Positions 13,150 to 27,712 of a DNA stretch of 64,000 nucleotides are shown here, piece by piece. The stretch is from Octopus sinensis (Eukaryota), in NCBI RefSeq assembly GCF_006345805.1, contig NC_043008.1, forward strand, positions 53,320,001-53,384,000, given 5' to 3'. The stretch's first letter is position 1, and every line of letters starts with the position of its first letter. The notes beneath the pieces are model-generated. The model made no database searches and was not told the origin of the DNA. It saw nothing but the letters and a program-made list of their open reading frames with translations. Both the position numbers and the translations under genes were made by a program.

Positions 13150-13286
13150 AGTTGAAATTTACAGAAAATGAAAGACAAAGACAGGTGTATAAACAACAAA
13201 CAGTGTATTAGTTTTAATGGTCAGGAAGGTGAGAAGTCTTATACGCTTCTAGCCTATGCTCTTTGATAGAAAGGAACATGAGGAAG
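12905..13286. mobile_element. Tail-to-tail inverted pair of a short element around a (TA)n tract
   Basis: 12905-13060 and 13150-13286 are diverged reverse complements. Contains the hammerhead-like motif at 12917. Confidence 0.6.
12917..12952 (+). ncRNA. Hammerhead-like variant
   Basis: CTTT-CTGTCGA-aGAACATAGGCTC-GAAA-CGTA-AAAG. Stem I CTTT/AAAG, loopless ACGT stem III, non-canonical core. An inverted, more decayed copy lies at about 13236-13275. Confidence 0.45.
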
Positions 13287-13388
13287 ATATATATATATAT
13301 ATATTATATATATATATTATACATATATACACATATATATATGTGTGTGTGTGTGTGTGGTATATATAATATATATATATAATATATA

Positions 13389-13720
13389 ATATTAGGGAGT
13401 AATCCAAACTTACATGGAAAATTAGTTTTATTATGATTAAATCTAATTTTTACAGTATAAAATATTATATGAAAAGAGATAAAACCACTATTAGGCAAAT
13501 CAAAAGCGAAAACATAAACCACAAACATAGAAATAAAATTAATTAATATAATATACAAAAAAATATATAAAATATAAAATTCAAAATTTAAATAATTTAA
13601 ATTTTGAATTTTATATTTTATATATTTTTTTGTATATTATATTAATTTTATTCCTATGTTTTGGTTTATGTTTTTCACTGTTTGATTTGCCTAATAGTGG
13701 TTTTATCTCTAATTTAATAT
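13389..13720. mobile_element. Hairpin element in (TA)n sharing its terminus with the PLE at 6825-6925
   Basis: Near-perfect palindrome 13475-13710 centred at about 13593, plus a one-sided extension ATTAGGGAGTAATCCAAACTTACATGGAAAA whose reverse complement resembles 6895-6926. Confidence 0.7.
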
Positions 13721-14228
13721 ATAATATATATATATATATACTATGTATGCATATATATATGTATGCATAATATATATATATACACTTATACAAAAATACA
13801 TACATACATACATACATATATATACATACATACATATAGATCATCAGTTACACATTACACGAGTGTAAATATTGATACGGCATTAATTTGAAGTATATTG
13901 TCACTAAATGCCTTTTGTATTTCATTTTGAGTGCATTTTTTTGTCTTTCTCACAGATCTAAGGACATCAAACATATATCAGATGTCTGATGTCTGCATAT
14001 TCTTAAGCAATTACTTACCCATAACCATATATTTCAATGGGTCTTTTGTGTGGGTGTGTTTCGCATTAGATCTTATAATAAATGCATATATAAATAGATA
14101 AATGTACATGTGTGTATGTGCGCATTTAAATATGTGTAAATATGCATACGTGTTATATACGCTTATATATACATATATATACATATAGACAAACATATAG
14201 CAACATATATCAACACAAACATACACAT

Positions 14229-14276
<48 letters not shown>

Positions 14277-14346
14277 TTATCGCACATATATTCACAAAAT
14301 AGATTTGTCTAACTTCTAAGTCTTTTAAGTCCATTTATTAAATGAT

Positions 14347-14404
<58 letters not shown>

Positions 14405-14444
14405 TGTATATATATATATTATATATTATATATATATATATATA

Positions 14445-14475
<31 letters not shown>

Positions 14476-14989
14476 TATATATATATATATAATATATCAA
14501 CACTCTTCACTGTAGGTGTGTTTTATATGCATGTCTGTATATACATATTACATACAAACATGTATGTATATATACAATATATGTATACACATTCATATAT
14601 TTACATATAGCTACATATATACTATATATATATATATATATATATGCATATTATATTAATACATATATATTATATCATATTAAATATATATATATATAAG
14701 TGAACTGGAGCAATGTGAAAAAGGGTCTTGCTCAAGAACACACACCCAGTCCCAGGGATTGAACTCACAATTTCATGATTGTAGCTCGACACTCTAACCA
14801 CTGGTGCCAAGCTGTATTGGCCTTTGTCTTCCATGAGAAACTCGGTGGCGTGGAGAGGGGAGGCCGATGTGCATGGGCGACTGCTGGTCTTCCATAAAGA
14901 CAGCCCTAGTTTTGCGTTCACCAGTGAGGTGACTAACTGCCCAGAGTTTGATTTTATATATATATATTATATATATGTACACTCTATAT

Positions 14990-15900
14990 TGAGAGTCCTC
15001 CTCTAATAAGTGGAATTTGGTGAATAAGGGAGTTTGATGTCACTAACCTCATTTGCACCTCTTGCCACGGGGTAGGTTCATCTGGGACTCTTGACAGAAA
15101 GACGTCCAGTTTTGATTTGAAAACACCTATATCCACTTTGTGTAGGTCCCTCGGGATCTTTGGAAGAATATTAAAATACTGTGGGCCCCTGAAACTCTGG
15201 CTGTAGCAGCAATTGGTCCTGAAGTGCGATGGCAATGCTGGGATCTTTGGCACTGTGCAGTGTTGACCCAATTCGGCATTTGAGTAGCTTTCAATGTCAA
15301 AATTTGGCACAATTCCTTCCAGGATCTTCCAATGTATATTACTGCATACCTCTCCTGCCTTCACTCCAGGGAGTACAGTCTTTGCTGTTTTAGCCTTCCC
15401 CAGTATCTGAGCTGTTGCAATAAGATGGTCTTCTTTGTGAAGTTTCACTGGATTGCTTCAAGGTTCACTATTAATTTAACACTGTTGGGTGACCATAGCT
15501 GGGAGCAGTAATCCAGGCAGCTGAGGACTAATGTCCTCTTGAGGGCCATCATGGTTTCCTTATCTCTGGTTCTGAACGTTCTCAGGATCCATCCAGCCAA
15601 TCTTTTGCACTTTGTCACCATTCTGTGCACTTGGAAAGGGGTATCATCACTCATGTCGATACCCGATTCCGCACTGATTTAGGCTCTGGGTTGTAATCCT
15701 CTGTGCACCAGTGTGTCCAGTAAGTTTTATGTTCATTTTGGACACTGGTAGTCACAGGGCGTGGAATTTTTCCGCATTAAACTGTATATTATTGTCCTCA
15801 GCCATCTGTAAATTGAGTCTAACTCCTGCTGCAGGTGTGCAACATTGTCAGGGTTCTGTATCTTTGCATGACTTTTGGTTTCTTCTGCATTGTTAACAAG
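14990..15900 (-). mobile_element. CR1/L2-group LINE, 3' part of ORF2 (RT C-terminus), degenerate
   Basis: Minus-strand peptides LQQELDSIYRW, GWILRTFRTRDKETMMAL..TLVLSCLDYCSQLWSP, LEAIQ, WKILEGIVPN and FKSKLDVFLSRVPDEP, split over several frames. Confidence 0.8.
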
Positions 15901-16090
15901 TTGGCTATCTGGAGCTGAGGGCAGATAGCCACCCATGTCTGTTGATTGTGGTGGTCTTGCAGTGGTGGGAAAAGTTCCTTGTTTGCGCTTGATGTAGCCA
16001 GTTAGCTGCTGCACAATCTTTTGTGCAATGCACAAAAAAGACTCTTGCTCAGCTGCTGTCTTGTGCATAACATCTGAAGTGCACTGCATC

Positions 16091-16190
16091 NNNNNNNNNN
16101 NNNNNNNNNNNNNNNNNNNNNNNNNNNNNNNNNNNNNNNNNNNNNNNNNNNNNNNNNNNNNNNNNNNNNNNNNNNNNNNNNNNNNNNNNN
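16091..16190. other. Assembly gap (100 N)
   Basis: Run of n; contiguity across the gap is unverified. Confidence 1.
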
Positions 16191-16230
16191 ACCGACCATT
16201 GTCTTGTGAGTGAATTTGGTAGACAGAAAC

Positions 16231-16845
16231 AGGCGGCGAGCTGGCAGAAACGTTAGCACGCCGGGCGAAATGCTTAGAGGTATTTCGTCTGCCGCTACGC
16301 TCTGAGTTCAAATTCCGCCGAGGTCGACTTTGCCTTTCATCCTTCCGCGATCAATTAAATAAGTACCCGTTACGCACTGGGGTCGATGCAATCGACTTAA
16401 TCCGTTTGTCTGTCCTTGTTTGTTCCCTCTGTGTTTAGCTCTTTGTGGGTAGTAAAGAAATAGGTATTTCGTCTGCCGTTACGTTCTGAGTTAAAACTCC
16501 GCCGAGGTCGACTTTGCCTCTCAGCCTTTCGGGGTCGATAAATCAAGCACCAGTTACGCACTGGGATCGAACTAATCGACTTAATCCCTTTGTCTGTCCT
16601 TGTTTGTCCTCTCTATGTTTAGCCCCTTGTGGGCAATATACAAATAAGAAACGTTAGCACGCCGGGCAAAATGCTTAGCGGTATTTCGTCTGTCTTTACG
16701 TTCGGAATTCAAATTCCGCCGAGGTCGACTTTGCCTTTCGTCCTTCGGATCGATAAATTAGATACTAGTTTGCGTACTAGGGGCGATCTAATTGACAGCC
16801 CCCTTCCCCAAAATTTCGGTCCTTGTGCCTAGAGTAGAAAAGGAT
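16231..16845 (+). mobile_element. SINE type B (GGCGGCGAGCTGGCAG head), three chained units
   Basis: B-box GAGTTCAAATTCC and central GCCTTTCATCCTTTCGGGGTCGATAAATTAAGTACCAG (Meta-domain-like, from memory). Units are joined head to tail. Confidence 0.85.
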
Positions 16846-17139
16846 ATGAAAACCGCGCCTACGGAAGATATTGAAAAAGTATTACAGAAGAATAAAAACA
16901 AACAAAAAAAAAACAAAAACAAGAACAAATCAATTTTATTTTTTATTACATATTTAGTATTATTACGGAAATGAGAATGGAATTTAATTAGGAATTCAGA
17001 GGGTAAAAATTTAAAACGTTTTCAGTTTTCATTTGACTTTTTTCCAGCTTTAAAGGTTTCGTAATGCGTTCATTTCCTTTCATTAAATTATTTATATTAA
17101 TAAAGAATAAGCACACATTGCGCTCCCCATTGTCAATAA

Positions 17140-17875
17140 GTGGTAATTAGGATTCTGCTATGCTGGTAATGGAAGTTTCTGATTGGCTAAATTAACAAAA
17201 TCTTCAATGGTTGAGTTAATAGTTCTCATTTTTTTATTATTAATATTGTCAAAAAAGTGGCAATTAACAAAATCTTAAGCCTTTAACGGTTGATAATTTT
17301 TTTTATTAACATTGTGAAAAAGTGGCAATTAAAATCCTGAAATACTGATAATAAAGGCTTCTGATTGGCTAAATCAGCAAAATCTTCAAATCACTAACGG
17401 TTCATAATTTTTTTATTATCGATATTGTCAAAAAGTGGCAATTAAAATTCTGGTATGCTGAAAATGGAGGCTTCTGATTGGCTAAATTAACAAAATCTCC
17501 GATCCTTAACGGTTCTTAAATTTTTTATTATCAACGTTGTCAAAAACTGGCAATTAAAATTCTGGTATGCTGAAGATCGAGGCTTCTGATTGGCTAAATT
17601 AACAAAGTCTTCGATACTTAACAGTTCGTAAATTTTTTATTATCAACATTGTAAAAAAAACAAGGGGCAATTAATATTCTCGTATACTGACAATGGAGGC
17701 TTCTGATTGGCTAAATTAACAAAGTCTTCGATCTTTAACAGTTCGTAAATTTTTTATTATCAACATTGTAAAAAAAAAAGTGGCAATTACTATTCTCGTA
17801 TACTGACAATGGAGGCTTCTGATTGGCTAAATTAATAACAATCTTCAATCATTAACGTTTAAAAATTTTTTATTA
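17140..17875. repeat. Minisatellite, six ~115-bp units
   Basis: CTGATTGGCTAAAT recurs at 17179, 17361, 17474, 17586, 17703 and 17819. Confidence 0.9.
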
Positions 17876-18110
17876 ATCTCTCAACCGTCAAAGATGTGAT
17901 TTTCGGAATCAGCTTGCAAAACTATTATCTCGAAAAAAATTCCGAAGAAGAATCCTTCTATGTGAGACAAAGTAGAAAGATACGAATGTCAATATCTTGA
18001 AGTGTTTGCAAACGCCATTCAGCACATTAACACTTTTCGAAGTCCATCCTTTTGGTTTCTTCACGTTATTTCGCTTTGTGATTTTCATCTTTTCACTATA
18101 CCAGTTATTG

Positions 18111-18492
18111 TGGAGGCGCAAAGGGCCAGTGGTTAAGGCAGCGGACTCGCGGTCGTAGGATCGCGGTTTCGATTCCCAGACCGGGCGTTGTGAGTGTTTA
18201 TTGAGCGAAAACACCTAAAAGCTCTACAGATGCTCCGGCAGGGGATGGTGGTGATCCCTGCGTATTCTTTCACACAACTCTCTCACGCTTACTTCCTGTT
18301 TCTGTTGTACCTGTATTTCAAAGGGCCGGCCTTGTCACTCTCTGTGTCACGCTGAATATCCCCGAGAACTACGTTAAGGGTACACGTGTCTGTGGAGTGC
18401 TCAGCCACTTACACGTTAATTTCACGAGCAGGCTGTTCCGTTGATCGGATCAACCGGAACACCTCGTCGTCGCAACTGACGGAGTGCTTCCA
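18111..18492 (+). mobile_element. tRNA-derived SINE type C (GGAGGCGCAATGGCCCAGTGG head) with TSD
   Basis: tRNA-like head with GGTTTCGATTCCC B-box. 12-bp TSD ATACCAGTTATT at 18098-18109 and 18493-18504. Confidence 0.9.
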
Positions 18493-18922
18493 ATACCAGT
18501 TATTACGGATAAAAAATAAAAAAAACACCTTCGTAACGTTTTCTCCTTGGTCGTTGACGAGGCACAATAAGACTTAAACATATCTGTTATTCACATTTTC
18601 TTAGTTAAAAAGTCACATAATTATGCAAATTGAGAGAAAAATTCAAATTTTTGGAAATGATTTCCTTTACTTTTTTCTTTCCGAGACGTTAAAAATTATC
18701 GCTCAGTGTAGTTCTCTTTCTCCAACTCTTTAAGCAACAGTTTCGAATCACCAGCAACAATTTTGGTCACATCATCCAGCTCGTGACGCTGTTTGGTATA
18801 TTGTCCGGCGTGCTAATGTTTCTGCCAGCTTATATATATATTTCGTTTGGGATTTGGTTTGCAAGATTCATTATATGAGTTCGTGTATTGAAGCATATTC
18901 TGTTGTGTTCCCAGACAGAACA

Positions 18923-18999
<77 letters not shown>

Positions 19000-19001
<2 letters not shown>

Positions 19002-19356
19002 TACATGTATATAAATTAGAAAAGAACCACCATGTAGCAATTCAACAATGATATACTTAATCATTTACCATGTAGAAAAAAATAAACATACGATAAAGCA
19101 TTTAGTTAAAACTAAATAAAGTACTAAATAATAAGTAAATATTATTATACTAATTATATGATATTTATTTATTATTTAGTACTTTATTTTAGTTTTAATT
19201 AAATGTTTTATCGTATCTTTAATTTTTTCTATATGGTATTATTTAAGTATATCATTGTTTACGGTGGATCCTCTCTAATTTATATACATGTATTATATAT
19301 TGTGATATTTGATTTAGTATTACTAAAGTGAATTTTCCCCAGTAAGTTTGGAATCA
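19000..19356. mobile_element. Hairpin element in (TA)n
   Basis: Imperfect palindrome 19000-19294 centred at about 19152, plus a tail ending TTTTCCCCAGTAAGTTTGGA that resembles the 6895-6913 terminus. Confidence 0.65.
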
Positions 19357-20426
19357 TATTATATATATATATATATATACATACACCCAGACACCCAGAC
19401 ACACATACACATACGCACACACAGAATGTTTGAAGTGGTGTACAGATAACTGAATCAAGAATAACAACTTGAATTGTAATTAAATTTCAATGGGTTGATC
19501 ACATCAATACAACATAATTGAAAAGAAATCTCTTTCTCTCTGTCTCCCGTCTTCTATTTACTCTTCTGTCTCTTTGTTGACTGTTCTTTACATATCTTTC
19601 TTTCTATCTTTCTCAAAAAAGAATTTCCTCTTCTAAACAAAACAAAACATCCGCTTTTCTACATATATATATATACATACATACATACATATTATATATA
19701 TTATATAATATATATATATATTATATATATATATATTATATACATACATATATAAGTGTGTGTGTATGTAGTGAGTGTGTGTGTAAATACATACATATAT
19801 ACATATATATATATAAGCACACACATATACATTTATACACACACTCACACATACATACATACACGTGAACACACGAGCGTACATATTTATGCGTAATTTC
19901 TTTAAAGCCAAAACAACGCAAATTATTAAAAAAATTATTACATAGACCGATGGCTAGTAGTATTGCTTCGTCTTTTAATATTTCACGTTTACGAATCCAT
20001 CGCCGGGAAATCTTCGGGGGAAAGTTGTTGATAGCTGACTTCTAGTCTTGAAATCTTGAAATACCTGGTAAAAAGTTGGGACCAGTAATATTAATTTTTA
20101 TAACCTGTATTGTTTTAGCCTTAAAAAAAACAATTAAAAATATCAGGAGTTGCTGTGTGGTAAGAAGCTTGCTTCCCATCCACATGGTTTTGGGTTCAGT
20201 CCCACCACTTGGCACTTTGGGTGTCTTCCCTATAGCTTCGGGTCGACGAATGTCTTGTGAGTGGATTTGACATACGGGAACTGAAAGAATCCCATCGCAT
20301 ATATATAGATTCAAATGAATATGGTACTTAATTTAGATGCACCAGAATTCTGTATGATGTTATCCATAAAAATCCGTGAGGTGGGTGATTATAATCAAAA
20401 TAAGCAACAAGAATGACTCCGGTAAC

Positions 20427-20512
20427 TTGGTACGAACGTTTCGTACTACATCATTTTATTAAATGTTGTAAGCATTACAACAGTTTTAAATTTCTGAGCA
20501 CTCATTAGCCAA
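20427..20512 (-). ncRNA. Hammerhead motif with extended stem II domain (decayed)
   Basis: Minus strand TTGG-CTAATGA-GTGC...(internal hairpin TGTTGTAA/TTACAACA)...GTAC-GAAA-C(GTTC)GTA-CCAA. One core substitution. Confidence 0.6.
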
Positions 20513-20643
20513 TTATAGAGGTTTTCCATTAATACAAAAAATTTTCATATCAAGTGGCAACATTATAGAGAAGGTAGATATATAGACAAAGATGTGGATT
20601 TAATTTTAGAACATTTGAGATAGTGGAAACCCATCAACTGACT

Positions 20644-20687
<44 letters not shown>

Positions 20688-20731
20688 TATATAATATATA
20701 GTGGGGATAAAATATTATTTCTTGGAATTAA

Positions 20732-20960
20732 TCCATTAAGTCCCAGCGTACTTAGATTTCTGAATATTACTTTTAAAATGTTTACAGATGATTGAAAATA
20801 GGTTAAAATGAAAGGAAAAAAAATATTATCAAAACTGCTTTACTTCAAGTAGAAATGGAAATACTCGGTGTCCTATAAATAGGACAGTGAGGCAATGTGA
20901 TATAGCTTATTTAATGTTCTTATTTAGTGTCCTATTTATAGGACAGTGGGACTTAATGGG
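20732..20960. mobile_element. piggyBac-type MITE
   Basis: TTAA flanks (20728-20731, 20961-20964), TIRs (T/C)CCATTAAGTCCCA / TGGGACTTAATGGG, and two internal palindromes TGTCCTAT(A/T)(A/T)ATAGGACA. Confidence 0.8.
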
Positions 20961-21569
20961 TTAATACGGCCTCTGTTGCTAATATATATCTAAAAACAAC
21001 AACAAAAACAGAAACCACCACACGTTATATAACGGAGTTGCGGCAATCGGTTTCTTCATTTATAATCAGAGCTCCAATGCATTGTAATATGGCCCTACAT
21101 TTACACTGACACTAAATGTCTATTATTGGGTTGTCTGGAGACAACCAGAGTATTTATCTTTGGATAAATACTCTGGTGAAAATTTGAAAAACTTCATATG
21201 ATTGGAAGGAATTTGACAAGATCTTAAGCTTTTTCTTGATTTCCCTTAGTTGGAAATGTTCATAAACATCTATAGCTAACCACAGTGTTTTATTATTTAA
21301 AACACGTCGATGGTTCGCAGGGTGAAGTGGGAAAGAGCTGAGGAGATGACCGACAAGCAGACATAAACGAAATCAATTAACAAAAGTGTAGTAATATACC
21401 AATAATTATACTCGCTTGTATGAATTAATAGGTAAGTTACGTAAAAAATCCTAATGATGGGTAAATAACAAAATCGCACATAAATATATAGACGAAATGG
21501 CGCTTAATGAAGTTATACAAACCAACGTCCATTTCTAAATTAAAGAGTATATATATATATATAATATAT

Positions 21570-21615
<46 letters not shown>

Positions 21616-21841
21616 AGTCTGTGTGTGTGTGATATATATATATATATTTATATATATTTATATATACAAATATACATATATATATTTATATACATACGTA
21701 TATAAATATATACCTATCTATATGCACATACATGCATGTGTAAGTATGTATATCCGTGCATTAACATACTCAAACCCGCACATTTATATATATGTGTATG
21801 TAAACATTTTTTTATTTCTCTCTCTCACATACACACACATA

Positions 21842-21882
<41 letters not shown>

Positions 21883-21894
21883 ACACACACAAAC

Positions 21895-21928
<34 letters not shown>

Positions 21929-22058
21929 CATATTTAGGAGGCAGCCAGAACTTTGAATAATTCTGACTGCCTCGTTTTTTCTCAACATGCAATATACGTA
22001 CACCATTTCAAACATTCTATAGATATATATATATAATATAATATATATATATATATAT

Positions 22059-22106
<48 letters not shown>

Positions 22107-22419
22107 GAGAGAGAGAGAGAGAGAAATAAAAATGTTTACATACTCATATATATAAATGTGCGTGTTTGTGTATGTTTGTCTGTGTAATATATATATATAT
22201 ATATATACACCTCTGCACACATATGTAAATACACATTTTGTTTGTCACTGTTAGAACGCCTTCGTTCACAAAGGAACATCGTGATAAGAATGACGATGAC
22301 ACGACTACGACGACGCAACGAATAAGATGATGAAGGTTGTGACTACCGTCGTCGACATCATCGTCATCACCATCATCGTCATCATCATCGTCATCATCAT
22401 CATCATCATCATCGTCGTC

Positions 22420-22453
<34 letters not shown>

Positions 22454-22471
22454 CCATCATCATCACCATCG

Positions 22472-22535
<64 letters not shown>

Positions 22536-23156
22536 AATCATCGTCAGCACCATAGCCATCATCGTGCGTCGTCGTCATTGCCGTCATCCTTCTGAAGATG
22601 AACCACACGTAGTGCAACAACCTTAAGCGCCATATACGACAACAGTCAAGGTCGCAGCTCCACCTCCACCTCCACCTCACCTCCACTTTCATTTACCGTA
22701 AAATGAGAACGGAAGATCAACATGTTACCCGATAAGTAAAATTGCTAGTAGAGGGTACGGCTGGGTTAAGACGATCGATTATAATTATTGATCAACGCAG
22801 TAATAATTGAAGACAGCAGCTAGAATAAAATTCTCGAGACAGACATAACTACGAAGATCTAAATTTCTTTTCCAAATGGATCGTCGCCATCTCGTAAATT
22901 TTTTCCTTTCGCTTTTACTGCTTCTGTTGACTTAGACTTGATAGACGTTCCATCACATATCGCGATAATTATAGGATTTTGCGTGGCATTCTTCTATCAT
23001 TATGTCTTTCAAAGATAATAATTCCAGGGTTGCAACTTCTCGCAGAAATAGTCCGAAGAGAAGAATTCAAATGATAGTGAAGAATCTCATATATGTCAGG
23101 GAAAAAAAATATATAAACCTTCTAATTATTTGCGACACACACACACACGCACACAC

Positions 23157-23205
<49 letters not shown>

Positions 23206-24604
23206 TACACATACACACACACACATACATACAGTCGGGTTGAAGTTAGAGTATTTTAAGCTTTATTTCTGCTGCTGATTGTTAATAAGAGAGGAACGTT
23301 TAGAATTGTCTCCCTTGTTTATTCGACGAAATAATTATACTATTTAATCCTATAATATTTTCTATGATTACAATATTTAACTCTACTGTGGTAGTTAATC
23401 TTTGGATTTAATCAAACGCAGCGGTTTGTTTCTAGCGGAAAATTTCAAGCAGCACTTAAAATCAGAGGAATTTGGTGTTAGTATCCGAAATCTTTTACTA
23501 GTTACTCATAGAGGAGAGAATTAATCGGAAAATGTTCCATGACTCCAATGATCGTACGGAGAGAAAATGTAAACATTTGGTGCTTTAGCTCTTCATCATA
23601 AAGAATAAATACCAGCTCTGTAGTTTGTACTGGGGTTGCAATGCACTGCAACAGAATAAGCTTCACTAAAGGTACTGAAGAACCAGATAGTTATGTAAAA
23701 CAGAGCCCGAGGCAAGTGTTCATGACACTTGTCCAAGATGAAAGGCGATACAATGAACATGTATTAACTTCTGTTAATATTCAGTTAATATTTTTATTTA
23801 TTATGAAATACTTATGAGTTAGAGGTCACGATAGCCAGATGAGCTAACCACGGTTTAGAACCACTTCTGTCTCTATTTAGAACAAGTGCCAACGAATCCA
23901 GGAGTTTGAATCGTGCTTAAAATCCCAAAGCAGCCAATCCTATGTATGTTTCTCACACCACTTTTGGCTTTGAAGTGCTCATAAATCTACTAGAGAAAAT
24001 ACTAAAACACAATGAGGGTTTAGGAAAATAATGTAAAACCAGATTGAAACGAAGCAGCTGATTACGGAAAACCTATCACAAGACAATTAGAAATGAATAT
24101 TGGAGGTATTATCTGAAATGGAAAAAAAAAAAGCAAAGAAAAAAAAAAAAGAAGCAGAATTGGTAAAACAAAGATCGCTTACGTACTTACAAAGTGAAAT
24201 AAATATTAGAAAGAGATATTTCACATGGATCCGCTACAAAATTAAGTGACAAAACAAAATAAATGGCATTAATGCTTCAGTTGTGATAGTATTCTATAAT
24301 GGATATCATGTAACTTGGTAAATAATTTAGTGAAGTGATAAATGACAGGAAGACTGAACGATGAAACAAAACGCAAAAGGAAAACCGACTTTTTTATACT
24401 GATAATATATATAAAACAAGCTTTATATATCTTATAATACAGATGGTGTATTGATATCAATATCTTATTTTGTCACTTAATTCTGTATGTGATGCATATT
24501 TAATTACATAGTGAAAAAAATAACATTATACTCATACAATGCATTTAAGTAAATGAGTTGTGTCGACACAGATTTTGTCCGCAATATAACAGTAGCCTTA
24601 AGGC

Positions 24605-25670
24605 GGTTAGCTGACAGAATCATTATCATACTGGGGTGAAATTAACTGACCCCTAACCCCGTCTTTACGTTCTGAGTTCAAATTTCGACTATGGTTTTCA
24701 TCCTTTCGGGATCGGTAAAATAAGAGCCAAGCGTGTACTAGTGTCAATGTGATCGACTTGCCCCTCCCACGCAATTGTTGGCCTCGTGACAAAATTTGAA
24801 ACCTATTTCCTTACTACCCACAAGTGGCTAAACACAGAGGAGACAAACAAGGACAGACAAACGGATTAAGTCGATTACATCGACCCCAGTGCGTTACTGG
24901 TACTTAATTTATCGACCCCGAAAGGATGAAGGGCAAAGTCGACCTCGGCGGAATTTGAACTCAGAACGTAACGGCAGACGAAATACCGCTCAGCATTTCG
25001 CCCGGCGTGCTAACGATTCTACCAGCTCGCCCCCTTTTTTATGATAAATATCCTTTCTCCTCATTCACTTTCAGCTTGTGTGGGAGACTGATGCGCGTAA
25101 ATCCTGATAAATTGCTAAATAACAATGAAAGATTCTTTCCACACCTGAAGCTACCTAAAGAAACCTTGTAGTTCTAATCTACCAGCAGAGTAGAATACAC
25201 GAATACATATAGTTTTTATATATTCTTTTCTACTCTAGGCGCAAGGTCCGAAAATTTTGGGGAAGGGACCAGTCGGTCAGATCGACCCCAGTACGCAACT
25301 GGTACTTAATTTATCGACCCCAAAAAGATAAAAGACAATGTCGACCTCTGAAGAATGTGAACTCAGACCGTAAAGACACAAAATACTGCTACGCATTTCA
25401 CCCGGCGTGCTAACGTTTCTGCCAGCTAGCCGCCTTGTAGTCAGTGTATCTTAAAAGAATATAAGGTGAGGAGCTTACAGAATTGTTAACACTTTGGGAA
25501 TAATGCTAAGCGGCATTTCTTGCGGTTGTATACATTCTGAATCCAGATTTCGCCAAGGTGGATTTAACTTTTCATCATTTCTAGATCAAATAAATAAGTA
25601 CTAGCCGAGCATTTGTGCCGATGTGGTTGACAACACCGTTCCACTAAAACCTCAGGCCTTATGCCTATTG
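24605..25670. mobile_element. Cluster of SINE type B copies (24605-25032 -, 25225-25436 -, ~25470-25670 + decayed)
   Basis: Matches the type B body. Confidence 0.8.
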
Positions 25671-26778
25671 AAGAACAAAAATGAAAATTCTGATTCTGTT
25701 GAATGAATTTCAGATTCTGTTAAATCAACATTGTCTGTGATTCAGAAATATCACATACGTTAGGAGTAATTGAATTGGGTGGATTTTCTCCAAATAATTT
25801 GTTGCTGTTGTTGTTGAATATCCAACTTTTGAGAGTGAAAGCTAATGGAGTATAGACCGACAGCCGGAAGAGTGTGACTTATAGATATGCTGCTCGGAAT
25901 ATACCAGAGCGCCATCTAACCAAATACAAAGGGTCATAATTCATACACTCAGTAGTAAATAGAATAGTTCAACTATGCTCTGTGGTGTAGTGCGGCACAC
26001 TGCGGCGCAGTACGGGGCAGTGCAGTGCAACCCCAACACAGACAACAGAACCGGTACTTTATTCATCGACACCCAAACGATGAAAAGCGAAGATGACGTT
26101 TGTGGCATTTGACCATAAGTTGCAGAGAGCCATACTTTATACTGCAATCCGTCTCTCCATTGACAGATCTATTTCTGTTGATTTTGTTATTGTTGTTGTT
26201 GTTTATAGTATATATATTGTTATTTTGCTGCGGAGTTTTGGTCAGACCTGATAAACGTAAGTCTATAGAAGACAAGTATTGAACGGCACGACTAAGGTTA
26301 ACTTGTTGCTCACAGATCTATTAATACAAATATCCTATAATTCGCTCGCCTAATATAACTAAAGCACATATGCAATGACTTGGTTATCTTATGAGACGCA
26401 AAGTCGAAGTCTAGACTGTACAGTCTCATATTCAGATCTCTCGCGTTCCATTCTCTCCTATTACGTTCGCTGCAGGAATTTTGTTAATGTGAGAAACCAA
26501 AACTACAATGGGAAAGTGTAATTGTTATCAAATAAATGTATTTCAGATGAGGATGCGCGAACAGCATCAAAAGAAAAATCAATAAAATCTGCATTGGCTG
26601 CCATGCTGGTTTTTCTCAATTGAAATTCATTAGAATGATATGTAATGAATTAATTAAAATAAGGTATTAGAAAATGAATGGTAAGTAACGCAGTTTATAT
26701 GCAAAATCACAGCCATATGTACATACTCAGTCGTATACATGGAAGAGAATAATAGATGGAAACATTGTTACAGAGAAT

Positions 26779-26813
<35 letters not shown>

Positions 26814-27114
26814 ATGTACACATGTATGTATATACATATATGTTCATACATACATATATATATATATTTATATATCTATACATACATATATATATATATG
26901 TATATACATATATATGTATGTATGTATACAGACACACGCACACACACACACACATATATATATGTATATATATGAACGTATGTATGTATCCGCACAGATG
27001 TTGATAAATTGGTAGTTCAGAGATACGAAGTAGGAAAATGGAAGGAAGGAAAAGCTGATGCTGAGACCAATAAAATCCACGTTAAGGAAGTCACCCATGA
27101 ACATCTTATTGTGC

Positions 27115-27250
27115 AATAATAATAATAATAATAACAATAATAATGATGATAATAATAATAAAGATAATAATAATAATAATGATGATAATAATAATAAAGA
27201 TAATAATAATAATGATGATAATAATAATAAAGATAATAATAATAATAATG

Positions 27251-27281
<31 letters not shown>

Positions 27282-27348
27282 TGATAATAATAATAAAGAT
27301 AATAATAATAATAATGATAATAATAATAATAAAGATAATAATAATAAC

Positions 27349-27381
<33 letters not shown>

Positions 27382-27511
27382 AATAATATAATAATAATAA
27401 TATAATAATAAAGATAATAATAATAAAGATAATAATAACAACAATAATAATGATATTGATAATGATAATAATAATAATAATAATAATATAATAAAAATAA
27501 TAATAACAATA

Positions 27512-27572
<61 letters not shown>

Positions 27573-27712
27573 TAATAATAAAGATAATAATAATAATAAC
27601 AATAATAATAATAATGATAATGATAATAATAATAATACTATTAATAATAATAGTAATAATAATAATAATGATAATAATAATAATATAATAATAATAATAA
27701 TGATAATAATAA
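27115..27712. repeat. (AAT)n compound microsatellite
   Basis: Direct read. Similar tracts: (ATT)n 49325-49860, (AAT/AGT)n 48555-48800. Confidence 0.95.

Noticed and set aside
15733-16311. ORFs spanning the N run
   Set aside because: Artefacts of translating through the assembly gap.
17140-17875. CRISPR-like regular repeats (also the SINE chains at 57278-57832)
   Set aside because: Whole units are repeated with no unique spacers, no cas genes, and a eukaryotic context.
18111-18185. tRNA gene candidates at SINE heads
   Set aside because: They continue into SINE bodies with TSDs; these are tRNA-derived heads, not tRNA genes.
24220-24500. Possible old MITE with ATTAAGTGACAAAA inverted ends
   Set aside because: Only a short inverted match with no clear termini or TSD.
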